The notes under the pieces were generated by a model. The model ran no database searches. It saw nothing but the letters and a program-made list of their open reading frames with translations, and was not told the origin of the DNA. From Laetmonice hystrix (lineage: Eukaryota), in assembly GCA_965235115.1 (NCBI GenBank), contig OZ249447.1, positions 5,146,001 through 5,210,000 on the forward strand: 64,000 bases of DNA, read 5' to 3'. Below, piece by piece: positions 1 through 12,993 of the stretch; the stretch's first letter is position 1, and each line of letters opens with the position of its first letter. The position numbers were made by a program, and so were the translations under genes.

Positions 1-224
1 AAGGCAGCGCCACGTCATGCAACCAAGGGCCAGTCGCATGCAGCTGATGTCTAACTTGTCTACGTCCATGTACACAGACCAGAGCAGGAGTCCTGTGTAT
101 TTATGACAGCCGACACAGTCACAAGAGGGGCTTGAGGATATCTTAACTATGTATATATCGCATGTAATTATCAGTACGTCCGATTGAACTTATCAAAGAA
201 CCATAACGACCTCATTCAATATTA

Positions 225-464
225 CACCAACATTGTTGAAGGGGGTAACACAGAATAACACTTGGACACAGATTGTAGTATGTACCCCAACATGTTGAAG
301 GGGGTGAGGACACAGAATAACACTTGGACACAGATTGTAGTATATACCCCAACATGTTGAAGGGGGTGAGGACACAGAATAACACTTGGACACAGATTGT
401 AGTATATACCCCAGCATGTTGAAGGGGGTGATGACACAGAATAACACTTGGGCACAGATTGTAG
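225..464. repeat. Minisatellite, 62-bp unit, ~4 copies
   Basis: cacagaataa recurs at 249, 311, 373, 435. Confidence 0.95.
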
Positions 465-492
465 CAACTGTTGTTTTATAGAAGAACGTAAC

Positions 493-624
493 CATGCATG
501 GCATCGGTAATGGCGTCCGACTTGCTAATCAGCCCCTTGGTGCTGGGGGTGGAAACACCCCAGCAAACCCAACCCGACTGCCAGGAGTCCGGTATCCCCT
601 TCTTGGCAGCCCAATCAATCACTC
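493..624 (-). CDS. Candidate internal exon (phase 1-1), G-VIDWAAKKGIPDSWQSGWVCWGVSTPSTKGLISKSDAITDAMH
   Basis: Minus-strand acceptor ctcctgttgtctag|G; open 132-nt frame; donor G|GTTACG is weak. Confidence 0.3.
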
Positions 625-883
625 CTAGACAACAGGAGTCAGGCGGCAGCGCCAAGCAAGCCCACCACGGTCGTCTCTACTGACCTTACAATAGATTCCG
701 TACTCTATAATCTGATGGCCAACTCTATCAATTCTCAATGTGATATCTACTATAACAATCTTATCAAGTCTTCAAAAACACACTGTTCATCATCATGTTT
801 TGAGATTTCTAACCCAGGGCAAACGTTCCCAATGTGGCAGTATCGTTTTGACACTATATATACTCTGGTCTATGCCGACCAAG

Positions 884-1518
884 AAGACAGCCGACTGACT
901 GACCGCTGAGAATATAACGATCGCTGACCTGATGGGTTTGACTGCTGTGATCGAGAGGACAGCCGACTGACTGACCGCTGGGAATACCTTGGGTTTGACT
1001 GCTGTGACCGAGAGGACAGCCGACTGACTGACCGCTGGGAATACCTTGGGTTTGACTGCTGTGACCGAGAGGACAGCCGACTGACTGACCGCTGAGAATA
1101 CCTTGGGTTTGACTGCTGTGACCGAGAGGACAGCCGACTGACTGACCGCTGGGAATACCTTGGGTTTGACTGCTGTGACCGAGAGGACAGCCGACTGACT
1201 GACCGCTGAGAATACCTTGGGTTTGACTGCTGTGACCGAGAGGACAGACGACTGACCGACCGCTGAGAATATAACGATCGCTGACCTTGGGTTTGACTGC
1301 TGTGACCGAGAGGACAGCCGACTGACCGACCGCTGAGAATATAACGATGGCTGACCTTGGGTTTGACTGCTGTGACCGAGAGGACAGCCGACTGACCGAC
1401 CGCTGAGAATATAACGATCGCTGACCTTGGGTTTGACTGCTGTGACCGAGAGCACAGCCGACTGACCGACCGCTGAGAATATAACGATCGCTGACCTGAT
1501 GGGTTTGACTGCTGTGAT
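884..1518. repeat. Minisatellite with 57-bp and 70-bp unit variants, ~10 copies
   Basis: Unit gaggacagccgactgactgaccgctgggaataccttgggtttgactgctgtgaccga; the long variant recurs at 1261, 1331, 1401, 1471. Confidence 0.95.
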
Positions 1519-2714
1519 ATTGTTTGGTTTAGTCTCCACCGTTTGGTCCCAGAAGGCAGCAGTCTATTGACAGTATAGGTGCTGTGCTAACTGCAGGCCT
1601 CTCTCGGCTGTCTGTACCCACTGCTGACGGCTACCACAGGATTTATCTAACCGACCGTCAACCTGAAGTGTCGCCTTGACATTTGCACTGATTGTGACCA
1701 AGGGACGGGAACGGTGTGGTGGCGGTGGTGGTGGTGGTGGTTCAGGTCGTGCTGAGGACGACCCGCTTTACCTAATCACATTCAGCTCAACGATAACACT
1801 GCTCTATCATCAAATATAGAGGCCTCAAAATGATAGCTATTTGTTTTACATCCACTCAATCCCAAAGGTTCTCTGAAATACATTGTATGGTCTGACGTCA
1901 GTAATATAACCCAGAATGACGGCGTCCATGACATGTGACGATGAAAAATGCGGCCAACATCTAAAGTCAAATACCGGTAGCTGCGACACAAATTAATCCT
2001 CAAAAGAGATTAATCACCTTCTTCACCAGCATCCATCAAAAATAAAAGAAAACGACATGTAATGTTAATTACAATACCTCGTCATTGGTAGAATTACGTA
2101 CTTCAGCTGTCATCCACTCTGTCAGCTGGCAATGACCGTAAAATGGGGCAGAAAAAAACCCCTTACACTGCATTGATTGGTACAAATGCTCCTATTTGTG
2201 AAAGGAATTCTCCCATCGACGCTGTAATAGCAGTGACTGAGGCCGGTCCATGTAAATATCACTCTCACCAGACAATACGGACTGACATTTAACTAAATTT
2301 CCTGTTTCTTTACGCTGCCGGCCGCCCGTCGGTCTGACGCTGACAGGCGCCGATGATAGCCACTAACCGACTCCATACTCTCTAACAACCACAAGCTGAA
2401 GATTTCAATCATTCTTTCCCAACATCAGTAAATCAATCACAAAACCTTTACACCAGCTGCATGTTTCCAGTCTTTATGATGGCAGTGGATTTAAGAGAAT
2501 GGTTATCAATTCTTCACTAATAAAATCTAGATTATACTATTATTATATTTTGGTCAATCTCATCTCTGACTGACTTCTAGCCATTGTAATTTGCACAAAT
2601 GAAACTTTTTTCATTTTTTCTTCCTAAAAACCGCATTTAGTGTCATAAAAAAGAAACACCCAGTTTTATTAGGAGACGCTGTAAGTGAAACTACTTTCAT
2701 TTTCATGATTATTG

Positions 2715-3315
2715 TTTTCAGTTATGTGAGGTTGTACAAAGGCTAGGTTGTGCTGTAAACTAGAAAGTTTTCAGTTATGTGAGGTTGTACAACGGCTAGG
2801 TTGTGCAGTAAACTAGAAAGTGTTTTCAGTTATGTGAGGTTGTACAACGGCTAGGTTGTGCAGTAAACTAGAAAGTGTTTTCAGTTATGTGAGGTTGTAC
2901 AAAGGCTAGGTTGTGCAGTAAGCTAGAAAGTGTTTTCAGTTATGTGAGGTTGTACAACGGCTAGGTTGTGCAGGAAGCTAGAAAGTGTTTTCAGTTATGT
3001 GAGGTTGTACAAAGGCTAGGTTGTGCAGTAAGCTAGTAAGTGTTTTCAGTTACGTGAGGTTGTACAAAGGCTAGGTTGTGCAGTAAACTAGAAAGCGTTT
3101 TCAGTTAAGTGTGGTTGTACTAAGGTTAGGTTGTGCAGTAAGCTAGAAAGTGTTTTCAGTTATGTGATGTTGTACAAAGGCTAGGTTGTGCTGTAAACTA
3201 GAAAGTGTTTTCAGTTATGTGAGGTTGTACAAAGGCTAGGTTGTGCAGTAAGACAGAAAGTGTTTTCAGTTATGTGAGGTTGTACAAAGGCTAGGTTGTG
3301 CAGCAAACTAGAAAG
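2715..3315. repeat. Minisatellite, 55-bp unit, ~11 copies
   Basis: Unit ttttcagttatgtgaggttgtacaaaggctaggttgtgcagtaaactagaaagtg. Confidence 0.95.
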
Positions 3316-4462
3316 CAACCCTGGCGGTTTTCCAATTATGGATGTAAAAAGAAGCTGTGCGTATTTATAGCTATACTTATAAATTATTACCCCGGCATGT
3401 TGTATTCCACATCTAATAATGAAGAATCAATGTGCCTCTGCAATGTTACTATTTTACATTTAATGTGGTGTCAAAGCTTTACAATCAACTCGGATATCTC
3501 CATTTTCATATTCATGCAGGGCTTCAGTATATATAAATTTATGTAGACTCCCAGTGTAGGCAAGACTTACGAGGACATAAGACTGTCGGCAGCTATTTAT
3601 TACTCAATATATCCTGTAACTTTGACACGTAGAAAAACCAACTGACATTTCGGGGAGGAGGGGGTCGGGTTCTTTGTTTTTTTTTCCGGAAATATCCACT
3701 TTCCACCAAGAGTATAATATAACTTCTAAACGGGGCAGTATCTCTCGGTCCTGTAAATGGTGAATGTGGCATTCGATATTTATACATACAACTGCCAGTA
3801 TGGATTCCCAGACCACTTGAGGCAGTCCCTGTAACACCAGCCATATATAGAAGCACAGTTACCAGACCTTCTGACCGTACCAATTCATGTATGGATCCGC
3901 CCCTGCCTGGGCCTGTCGTCTGCTACTCTCAGGTTTGGACAAACAGTTCGTGTACGTATTGTATCTTAAATATACCAGCGGTGAGCGCTACGAACTAGTA
4001 ATTTGTCTAACATTATATTGGCGCTAGTCGTGCCCTATGACAATGTGGAGTTTCTATATCAGACTGTGGCCCTGTACAACACTTCTCACCACAATGCATG
4101 AGAGTCAGGTGCGGTTATTGAGTGGAATAATTACGGCGACAGTATATTTACTTGCTGAAGTCGCGTGTAAAAACTCTGCAAAACACCGTCATTTCCATAC
4201 ACTACTCACTATAAGTACCACATCAGTGCGGGAAGAAAAGTACCTCGCCCTGCATTGGAAAATAAATCGCCAATATTTATGAAATTACCATCAATCCAAT
4301 ATACACACCCACGCTTTGAAGAACACAGAAAATGCCACTCTGACCACTAACACTCAGTGCTCAGGCCTTCTTAATAATAATGATACATAGCAGCCAAGTT
4401 GGTATACGATCTAACCCAAACTGTAACCAAAGTAAACGACCACCTATAGGTACTAATCTTAC

Positions 4463-4489
4463 CTGGTCATATATAGCTGTACCTTCCTG
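4463..4489 (-). CDS. Candidate 27-nt microexon (phase 0-0), QEGTAIYDQ
   Basis: Acceptor cattttgtgtacag|, donor CAG|GTAAGA, frame-preserving length. Confidence 0.45.
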
Positions 4490-4649
4490 CTGTACACAAA
4501 ATGACGTCGTAATCCGCGTCCTCCCAGACTGCACCAACAGTGGCGTCTCTTTGAACAGACGTCATTCTGCCACTATGTATAAACCCCTTGGTTATTATAA
4601 TCCGTGCCGCTATATGCCGTCTGATCACCAACTCAATCCGACTTACGGT

Positions 4650-6808
4650 GCAGGTCATCCGAGACATTACCATCAATTCTAGATATCATGCCACATGCCT
4701 AGTCCTCTTTGTATCAGAGTGCTCTCTGGGCAGGTCATCCGAGAAATTACCATCAATTCTAGATATCATGCCACATGCCTAGTCCTCTTTGTATCAGAGT
4801 GCTCTCTCTGGGCAGGTCATCCGAGAAATTACCATCAATTCTAGATATCATGCCACATGCCTAGTCCTCTTTGTATCAGAGTGCTCTCTCTGGGCAGGTC
4901 ATCCGAGAAATTACCACCAATTCTAGATATCATGCCACATGCCTAGTCCTCTTTGTATCAGAGTGCTCTCTCTGGGCAGGTCATGCGAGAAATTACCATC
5001 AATTCTAGATAACATGCCACATGCCTAGTCCTCTTTGTATCAGAGTGCTCTCTGTGCAGGTCATCCGAGAAATTACCATCAATTCTAGATATCATGCCAC
5101 ATGCCTAGTCCTCTTTGTATCAGAGTGCTCTCTCTGGGCAGGTCATCCGAGAAATTACCACCAATTCTAGATATCATGCCACATGCCTAGTCCTCTTTGT
5201 ATCAGAGTGCTCTCTCTGGGCAGGTCATCCGAGAAATTACCACCAATTCTAGATATCATGCCACATGCCTAGTCCTCTTTGTATCAGAGTGCTCTCTCTG
5301 GGCAGGTCATCCGAGAAATTACCATCAATTCTAGATATCATGCCACATGCCTAGTCCTCTTTGTATCAGACTGCTCTCTGGGCAGGTCATCCGAGACATT
5401 ATCATCAATTCTAGATATCATGCCACATGCCTAGTCCTCTTTGTATCAGAGTGCTCTCTGGGCAGGTCATCCGAGAAATTACCACCAATTCTAGATATCA
5501 TGCCACATGCCTAGTCCTCTTTGTATCAGAGTGCTCTCTGTGCAGGTCATCCGAGAAATTATCATTAATTCTAGATATCATGCCACATGCCTAGTCCTCT
5601 TTGTATCAGAGTGCTCTCTGGGCAGGTCATCCGAGAAATTATCATCAATTCTAGATATCATGCCACATGCCTAGTCCTCTTTGTATCAGACTGCTCTCTG
5701 GGCAGGTCATCCGAGACATTATCATCAATTCTAGATATCATGCCACATGCCTAGTCCTCTTTGTATCAGAGTGCTCTCTGGGCAGGTCATCCGAGAAATT
5801 ACCACCAATTCTAGATATCATGCCACATGCCTAGTCCTCTTTGTATCAGAGTGCTCTCTGTGCAGGTCATCCGAGAAATTATCATTAATTCTAGATATCA
5901 TGCCACATGTCTTGTCTTCTTTGTATCAGAGTGCTCTCTGGGCAGGTCATCCAAGAAATTATCATCAATTCTAGATATCATGCCACATGCCTAGTCCTCT
6001 TTGTATCAGAGTGCTCTCTGGGCAGGTCATCCGAGAAATTACCACCAATTCTAGATATCATGCCACATGCCTAGTCCTCTTTGTATCAGAGTGCTCTCTG
6101 GGCTGGTCATCCGAGAAATTACCATCAATTCTAGATATCATGCCACATGCCTAGTCCTCTTTGTATCAGACTGCTCTCTGGGCAGGTCACCCCAGACATT
6201 ATCATCAATTCTAGATATCATGCCACATGCCTAGTCCTCTTTGTATCAGACTGCTCTCTGTGCAGGTCATCCGAGAAATTACCATCAATTCTAGATATCA
6301 TGCCACATGTCTAGTCCTCTTTGTATCAGACTGCTCTCTGGGCAGGTCACCCCAGACATTATCATCAATTCTAGATATCATGCCACATGCCTAGTCCTCT
6401 TTGTATCAGAGTGCTCTCTCTGGGCAGGTCATCCGAGAAATTACCATCAATTCTAGATATCATGCCACATGCCTAGTCCTCTTTGTATCAGAGTGCTCTC
6501 TGGGCAGGTCATCCGAGAAATTACCATCAATTTTAGATATCATGCCACATGCCTAGTCCTCTTTGTATCAGACTGCTCTCTGTGCAGGTCATCCGAGAAA
6601 TTACCATCAATTCTAGATATCATGCCACATGCCTAGTCCTCTTTGTATCAGAGTGCTCTCTGGGCAGGTCATCCGAGACATTATCATCAATTCTAGATAT
6701 CATGCCACATGCCTAGTCCTCTTTGTATCAGAGTGCTCTCTCTGGGCAGGTCATCCGAGAAATTATCATCAATTCTAGATATCATGCCACATGCCTAGTC
6801 TTCTTTGT
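4650..6808. repeat. Minisatellite, 80/82-bp unit, ~27 copies
   Basis: tgccacatgc recurs every 80 bp (5341, 5421, 5501...); the length variant comes from a ct microsatellite inside the unit. Confidence 0.97.
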
Positions 6809-7472
6809 GACACTGAAAGGTTAGTGGGATGTGCCAGCCCCCCCCCCCCCTCCCAAATCGCATAGCCGAACTGCTGGTGACAGTCTGAGCGACATTCAGA
6901 GAACCGAGGTAGCTCATGAAAAGATACCCAGTGACAGTTATCGGAACACAGATGAAAGGGTTCGTGACCCACAATTTCTCGGTAATATCGACCACAGACG
7001 AGATAAACCGACTTTGGCTATCTTTGACTCTCCCTGCTGCAAACAGACGGCTTCTACCAATGATAGCTACCCTGACGTTACGAGTCCACATTACGGGATT
7101 GGTCCGCGATCCATAATCACCTCCACAATAATTCAGCCCAGGCAGTTGGTGCTCAGACACATTGGCTAAGGATGAAAGCTGAGGTAGGAAACCGTCGCAT
7201 GCCGACTGAATCCCTGGCGCTGAACCCGGCGGGTGGCGGGTAGCTGGGGCCACCAAGCGAGCCCGGCGGGTGGCGGGTAGCTGGGGCCTGGGGCCACCAA
7301 CCTTGGGTATCACACCAAACCACAGCCACCATCTGCAATCACTGTCTTCATAATCAATCATGGCTCCAATCTAAGGCAGTTCACCACCCATGTCCGAGCT
7401 GGGTGGTGGGGTTGTCCGTGTAAATCATCTCTTTATTACTGTACCCACTACCCAGACCCTGCGTTACGTTAA

Positions 7473-7812
7473 AGGTGCTATTCGTGAACAAAAATTCATC
7501 TTTTTTATTTTTAATTTTGTTGACGTTTATGTGATCCCACCTATCATGGAAATAGATTCACAACAAAGGAAATCAAAATTTTTCATGGATAACGGCACAA
7601 ATGGGGCTCTCTCAGAAGGCCTGTGGAGACCCTGACACGCCCCACCATAGGAAATGGCTCTATCTCGGTGCGCACCGAGATAGGTTTCAAATGCTGCACA
7701 CAAACTAATAGAAGGTTTATCAGGCCAATGGTATCGGTAGGAATTTTTTCTAGTACTATGTGCACAATGTATGATAGGAGAAATGCCATTCTGTGCGAGA
7801 CGAATAGCACCT
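7473..7812. mobile_element. Kolobok-like MITE (340 bp)
   Basis: Perfect 13-bp TIRs AGGTGCTATTCGT / ACGAATAGCACCT flanked by TTAA on both sides (7469-72, 7813-16). A TTAA TSD with RR termini is the Kolobok signature. Internal perfect 24-bp palindrome at 7660-7683. Confidence 0.8.
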
Positions 7813-8050
7813 TTAAACAAGTCTCTATTGATTGCCTGGCTACAGGACTCCCAGGCATACTTTCCCCTACCGTTGCTGGACAGACATGTATCTCCCACCC
7901 CCATTCCACTCCTATCCTGTATACAGCGTCTTTGCTCTAGTACATGTATGTGCATTTTGACCTGCTCAGAATTCCCATATAATTTTTGTATATTTACGTA
8001 TACCTCGATCATGTTTCAGTATATCAAATAACACTAAAGTGGATACATTT

Positions 8051-9885
8051 CAGCTCCTATTATCAGGCATCCCGGCCAGGACAGTTCGTGTAGTCAGGTA
8101 TTTCCGATCTGGATAGCTTCTATTATCAGGCATCCCAGCCAGGACAGTTCGTGTAGTCAGGTATTTCCGATCTGGATAGCTTCTATTATCAGGCATCCCA
8201 GCCAGGACAGTTCGTGTAGTCAGGTATTTCCCACCTGGACAGCTCGTACTATCAGGCATCCCGGCCAGGACAGTTCGTGTAGTCAGGTATTTCCGACCTG
8301 GATAGCTTCTAATACCAGGCATCCCGACCAGGACAGTTAGTGTAGTCAGGTATTTCCGACCTGGACAGCTTCTATTATCAGGCATCCCGGCCAGGACAGT
8401 TCGTGTAGTCAGGTATTTCCGACCTGGATAGCTTCTAATACCAGGCATCCCGACCAGGACAGTTCGTGTAGTCAGGTATTTCCGACCTGGACAGCTCGTA
8501 CTATCAGGCATCCCGGCCAGGACAGTTCGTGTAGTCAGGTATTTCCGACCTGGATAGCTCCTATTATCAGGCATCCCGGCCAGGACAGTTCGTGTAGTCA
8601 GGTATTTCCGACCTGGACAGCTTCTATTATCAGGCATCCCGGCCAGGACAGTTCGTGTAGTCAGGTATTTCCGACCTGGACAGATTCTATTATCAGGCAT
8701 CCCGGCCAGGACAGTTAGTGTAGTCAGGTATTTCCGATCTGGATAGCTCCTATTATCAGGCATCCCGGCCAGGACAGTTAGTGTAGTCAGGTATTTCCGA
8801 TCTGGATAGCTCCTATTATCAGGCATCCCGGCCAGGACAGTTCGTGTAGTCAGGTATTTCCGACCTGGATAGCTCCTATTATCAGGCATCCCGGCCAGGA
8901 CAGTTCGTGTAGTCAGGTATTTCCGACCTGGACAGCTTCTATTATCAGGCATCCCGGCCAGGACAGTTCGTGTAGTCAGGTATTTCCGACCTGGACAGAT
9001 TCTATTATCAGGCATCCCGGCCAGGACAGTTAGTGTAGTCAGGTATTTCCGATCTGGATAGCTCCTATTATCAGGCATCCCGGCCAGGACAGTTAGTGTA
9101 GTCAGGTATTTCCGATCTGGATAGCTCCTATTATCAGGCATCCCGGCCAGGACAGTTCGTGTAGTCAGGTATTTCCGACCTGGACAGCTTCTATTATCAG
9201 GCATCCCGGCCAAGACAGTTCGTGTAGTCAGGTATTTCCGACCTGGATAGCTTCTATTATCACGCATCCCGGCCAGGACAGTTCGTGTAGTCAGGTATTT
9301 CCGACCTGGACAGCTTCTATTATCAGGCATCCCGGCCAAGACAGTTCGTGTAGTCAGGTATTTCCGACCTGGATAGCTTCTATTATCACGCATCCCGGCC
9401 AGGACAGTTCGTGTAGTCAGGTATTTCCGACCTGGACAGCTCGTATTATCAGGCATCCCGGCCAAGACAGTTCGTGTAGTCAGGTATTTCCGACCTGGAT
9501 AGCTTCTATTATCAGGCATCCCGGCCAGGACAGTTCGTGTAGTCAGGTATTTCCGACCTGGATATCTCCTAATACCAGGCATCCCGGCCAGGACAGTTCG
9601 TGTAGTCAGGTATTTCCGACCTGGACAGCTTCTATTATCAGGTATCCCGGCCAGGACAGTTCGTGTAGTCAGGTATTTCCGACCTGGATAGCTCGTATTA
9701 TCAGGCATCCCGGCCAAGACAGTTCGTGTAGTCAGGTATTTCCGACCTGGACAGCTCGTATTATCAGGCATCCCGGCCAGGACAGTTCGTGTAGTCAGGT
9801 ATTTCCGACCTGGATAGCTCCTATTATCAGGCATCCCGACGAGGACAGTTCGTGTAGTTAGGTGTCTCCGCCCTGGGCAGCTCGT
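8051..9885. repeat. Minisatellite, 63-bp unit, ~29 copies
   Basis: Unit gacagttcgtgtagtcaggtatttccgacctggatagcttctattatcaggcatcccggccag; it explains the 616-aa repetitive ORF. Confidence 0.97.
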
Positions 9886-10917
9886 ATGATGACAGCTCAA
9901 ATTATCATGGGTCCATCACAGGACGACGACACACGGGTCACAGAACCCTGTAACATGGGTCTGGGGCAGGATCGCGTAACGTGGGGCTGGGATAGTCGAT
10001 CATATTTTATTGATCTCGGTTACGGATCTCATTATCCATTAAAAATATTTTATGAAGGCATCGTTATACATAGCTAGAATGAGTACAATTCACTCATCAA
10101 AAACTGGATTTTAGTTGCTAAGAATGTCTTGATAAATAATAAATGGTCTACAGTGACACATCTCGTATAAATGGACTCAGGTCCCTCAGAGAGAGAAAAA
10201 GCTTCCATTACGGTAATGTCATACAAAAGATCTATCCCTCTTCTACAGTGTAGTGAGGCAGCTGCTGACGAGCCAGCCCGCGCACTGAAAACAAACTGTG
10301 CTGTCGGAATATATCACATCAAAGGATTTCCGACGGCGCACAGGCAGACGACACCGCCTCATCCACACGACATCAGAGCAATTCCAATTATCTCGACTTT
10401 GTCAGGTAGTATCGCCTTGACAGCAGACCCTCTCAGCGTCCTTTCATTGTGTGTCCGTGTTCAATACTAACCTCTTCCCTTCACACACATCTCATACCCG
10501 TTTTATTTCATTATGACGTGACCGAGTTTCAGACGGAGCTAACTGCTTCTGTCCTCTGCTTCTTCAAAGGAGAAAAAGAAAACATCGAAAGAGGGTGTGT
10601 GTTTTATGTAGGAAACGTGTTTATTTTTATATGCACCTAATCGCCCCTCCCCATACGGCTCATTAACCTTCCTAACCAGCGACATGACGTCACTGATTAA
10701 TACCCTGTCAATATGTGGCTTCTTTCCGTCCTGATAAACTACTAAAAAAGCATCAAAAAATAAAACCAGAGAGACAAAGCTGGCCTTGACTTTGGCCCTG
10801 ACCTACAGCTGAGGCTGCGATATCCTTGGCCGTCAGATGCCTGCCTCCCGACCATCATAACGCTCCACTTGACAGCCAATCGGGAGCAGACTGTAGGACA
10901 GGTACCGGTACTACCGC

Positions 10918-11117
10918 ACAAGGGTATCTGGGCCAGTGACAGCCAAACATGGGTATCTGTCTAACAAGGGTATCTGGGCCCGTTATAAGCAAACATGGGT
11001 ATCTGTCATACAAGGGTATCTGGGCCAGTGACAGCAAAACATGGGTATCTGTCACACAAGGTTTATCTGGGCCAGTGACAGCCAAACATGGGTATCTGTC
11101 ACACAAGGGTATCTGGG
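10918..11117. repeat. Minisatellite, 46-bp unit, ~4 copies
   Basis: caagggtatctgggccagtgacagccaaacatgggtatctgtc repeated. Confidence 0.9.
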
Positions 11118-12029
11118 TGGTATCATAGATTCATAGATAATAGATCTATGAATGATCTATAGATCTAATAGTTTCTAGTCGGAGGACATGACATTTTAAG
11201 GAATAGATGTGGCTTCATGTCCCAAAATTTAAGTCACTGTACTTTAAGCAATAGCGGTGACTTAACCGAGCATCTCTAGAGATGTCCTATCTCGATCCGT
11301 TTTGCGAGTTTTTTTTGACATTTTGCGCCGTGTTTCACACTGTAGAGCCATCTCAGCTGCAGGCACTGGGGCCGAAACCATAAATAACTGTTAGTGGATC
11401 ACTTAAAGCCCTTATCTTGACGACCCCAGAGTGAGGTACTTACCGCTAACACAACCCTTTCTACTCTCCAGTGTGTGGGACAATCACCAGATGATGGAGA
11501 TAAAAATGGTAATTTATCAGCGATGACAAAAATAATAACTTGCTACACAGCTACCAAAAAAAACAAACATTTAATCTCTACATTCTCTAATCTTAATTCT
11601 TATCTAAAAAATGTAAGATTACCTTTTCATTATCATGAAACTTATTCTTATCTAAAAATCTAAGATTACCTTTTCATTATCATGAAACTCCGAGATATAA
11701 TATATCTCATTCATAAATTACCTTTGCTTCTGAGCTTGTCATATATTCATGAGATTTATGTTCCTCTTTCTCTTTCTTCCGACAGGCCAAGGAGAAGTTG
11801 AAGGATCATTGACCTGGATACAAAACGTCAACCCACTACGGTCAGCTCCTGGAGAAGGTTGTTATATCATTTTCTTAAATTGGTATTCGTGCTGTACTTG
11901 CTGCCCTAATGGCGAGTAGTTTCAAAACAATGATTTCTGCATGTTGAATACCGTTGTCACGGTCTTATTATGGCCCCACTATTCTAACAAACACATTTAG
12001 GAACACTACAAACCCAATGCTGTACTCAA

Positions 12030-12499
12030 GGACCAGGAGCTGAGAATGTACGTCCCATATCTCGTCCGTACACTGATACACACGTCATTTAAACTGGTGC
12101 AGTCTGACCTCAAGGTAATGACATTACTGGATCAGGAGCTGGGAATGTACGTCCCATATCTCGTCCGTACACTGATACACACATCACATACTAGTGCGGT
12201 CTGACCTCAAGGTAAAGACATTACTGGATCAGGAGCTGGGAATGTACGTCCCATATCTCGTCCGTACACTGATACACATCACATACTAGTGCGGTCTGAC
12301 CTCAAGGTAAAGACATTACTGGATCAGGAGCTGGGAATGTACGTCCCATATCTCGTCCATACACTGATACACACGTCACATACTAGTGCGGTCTGACCTC
12401 AAGGTAAAGACATTACTGGACCAGGAGCTGGGAATGTACGTCCCATATCTCGTCCCTACACTGATACACACCTCATTTAAACTGGTGCAGTCTGACCTG
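12030..12499. repeat. Minisatellite, 95-97-bp unit, ~5 copies
   Basis: gatcaggagctgggaatgtacgtcccatatctcgtcc recurs at ~12130, 12227, 12322, 12419. Confidence 0.93.
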
Positions 12500-12993
12500 G
12501 GACACAGGCCAGGACCAGTGTATGCAGGTCCAAGAGGGTGGCGCCCCCTGGATATCCGGCCCAAGTCGGTTTCATAACCTACTCCGCTCACCTATAAGAA
12601 CCTATTGATATCACACTAAAAATATGATTTAGCTGTTTCAAATAATGCACGTAGTATTATTTACTATGCGGCCTAGCTGTAGCTGCGCCTACAATTCATG
12701 TTTCGGGAATTGATGTGGAGAACTATGTTCTGTGCGGATGTACACAACAGCAGGGGCCAACACGGCGTTCAAAGGAATATACTGGTCCTTTTACTCTCAA
12801 CATCATTTCACTCTGTTTTACATAATACGGTCGATACTATGTAGAATCATTCCTTCATTAATTCCTTTCACCAAAATGTATCGGGGCACTTCCGAAACCA
12901 TTTTATAATCAGCATACAGAACTCTCCTCCTGGCAAGCGTACATAAAATGAGAAGACTCCTCATGGCTGCAGTATGAGTACTTCTATATGGCG

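Noticed and set aside
3893-3906. GGATCCGCCCCTG as a MITE terminus
   Set aside because: No matching opposite end found.
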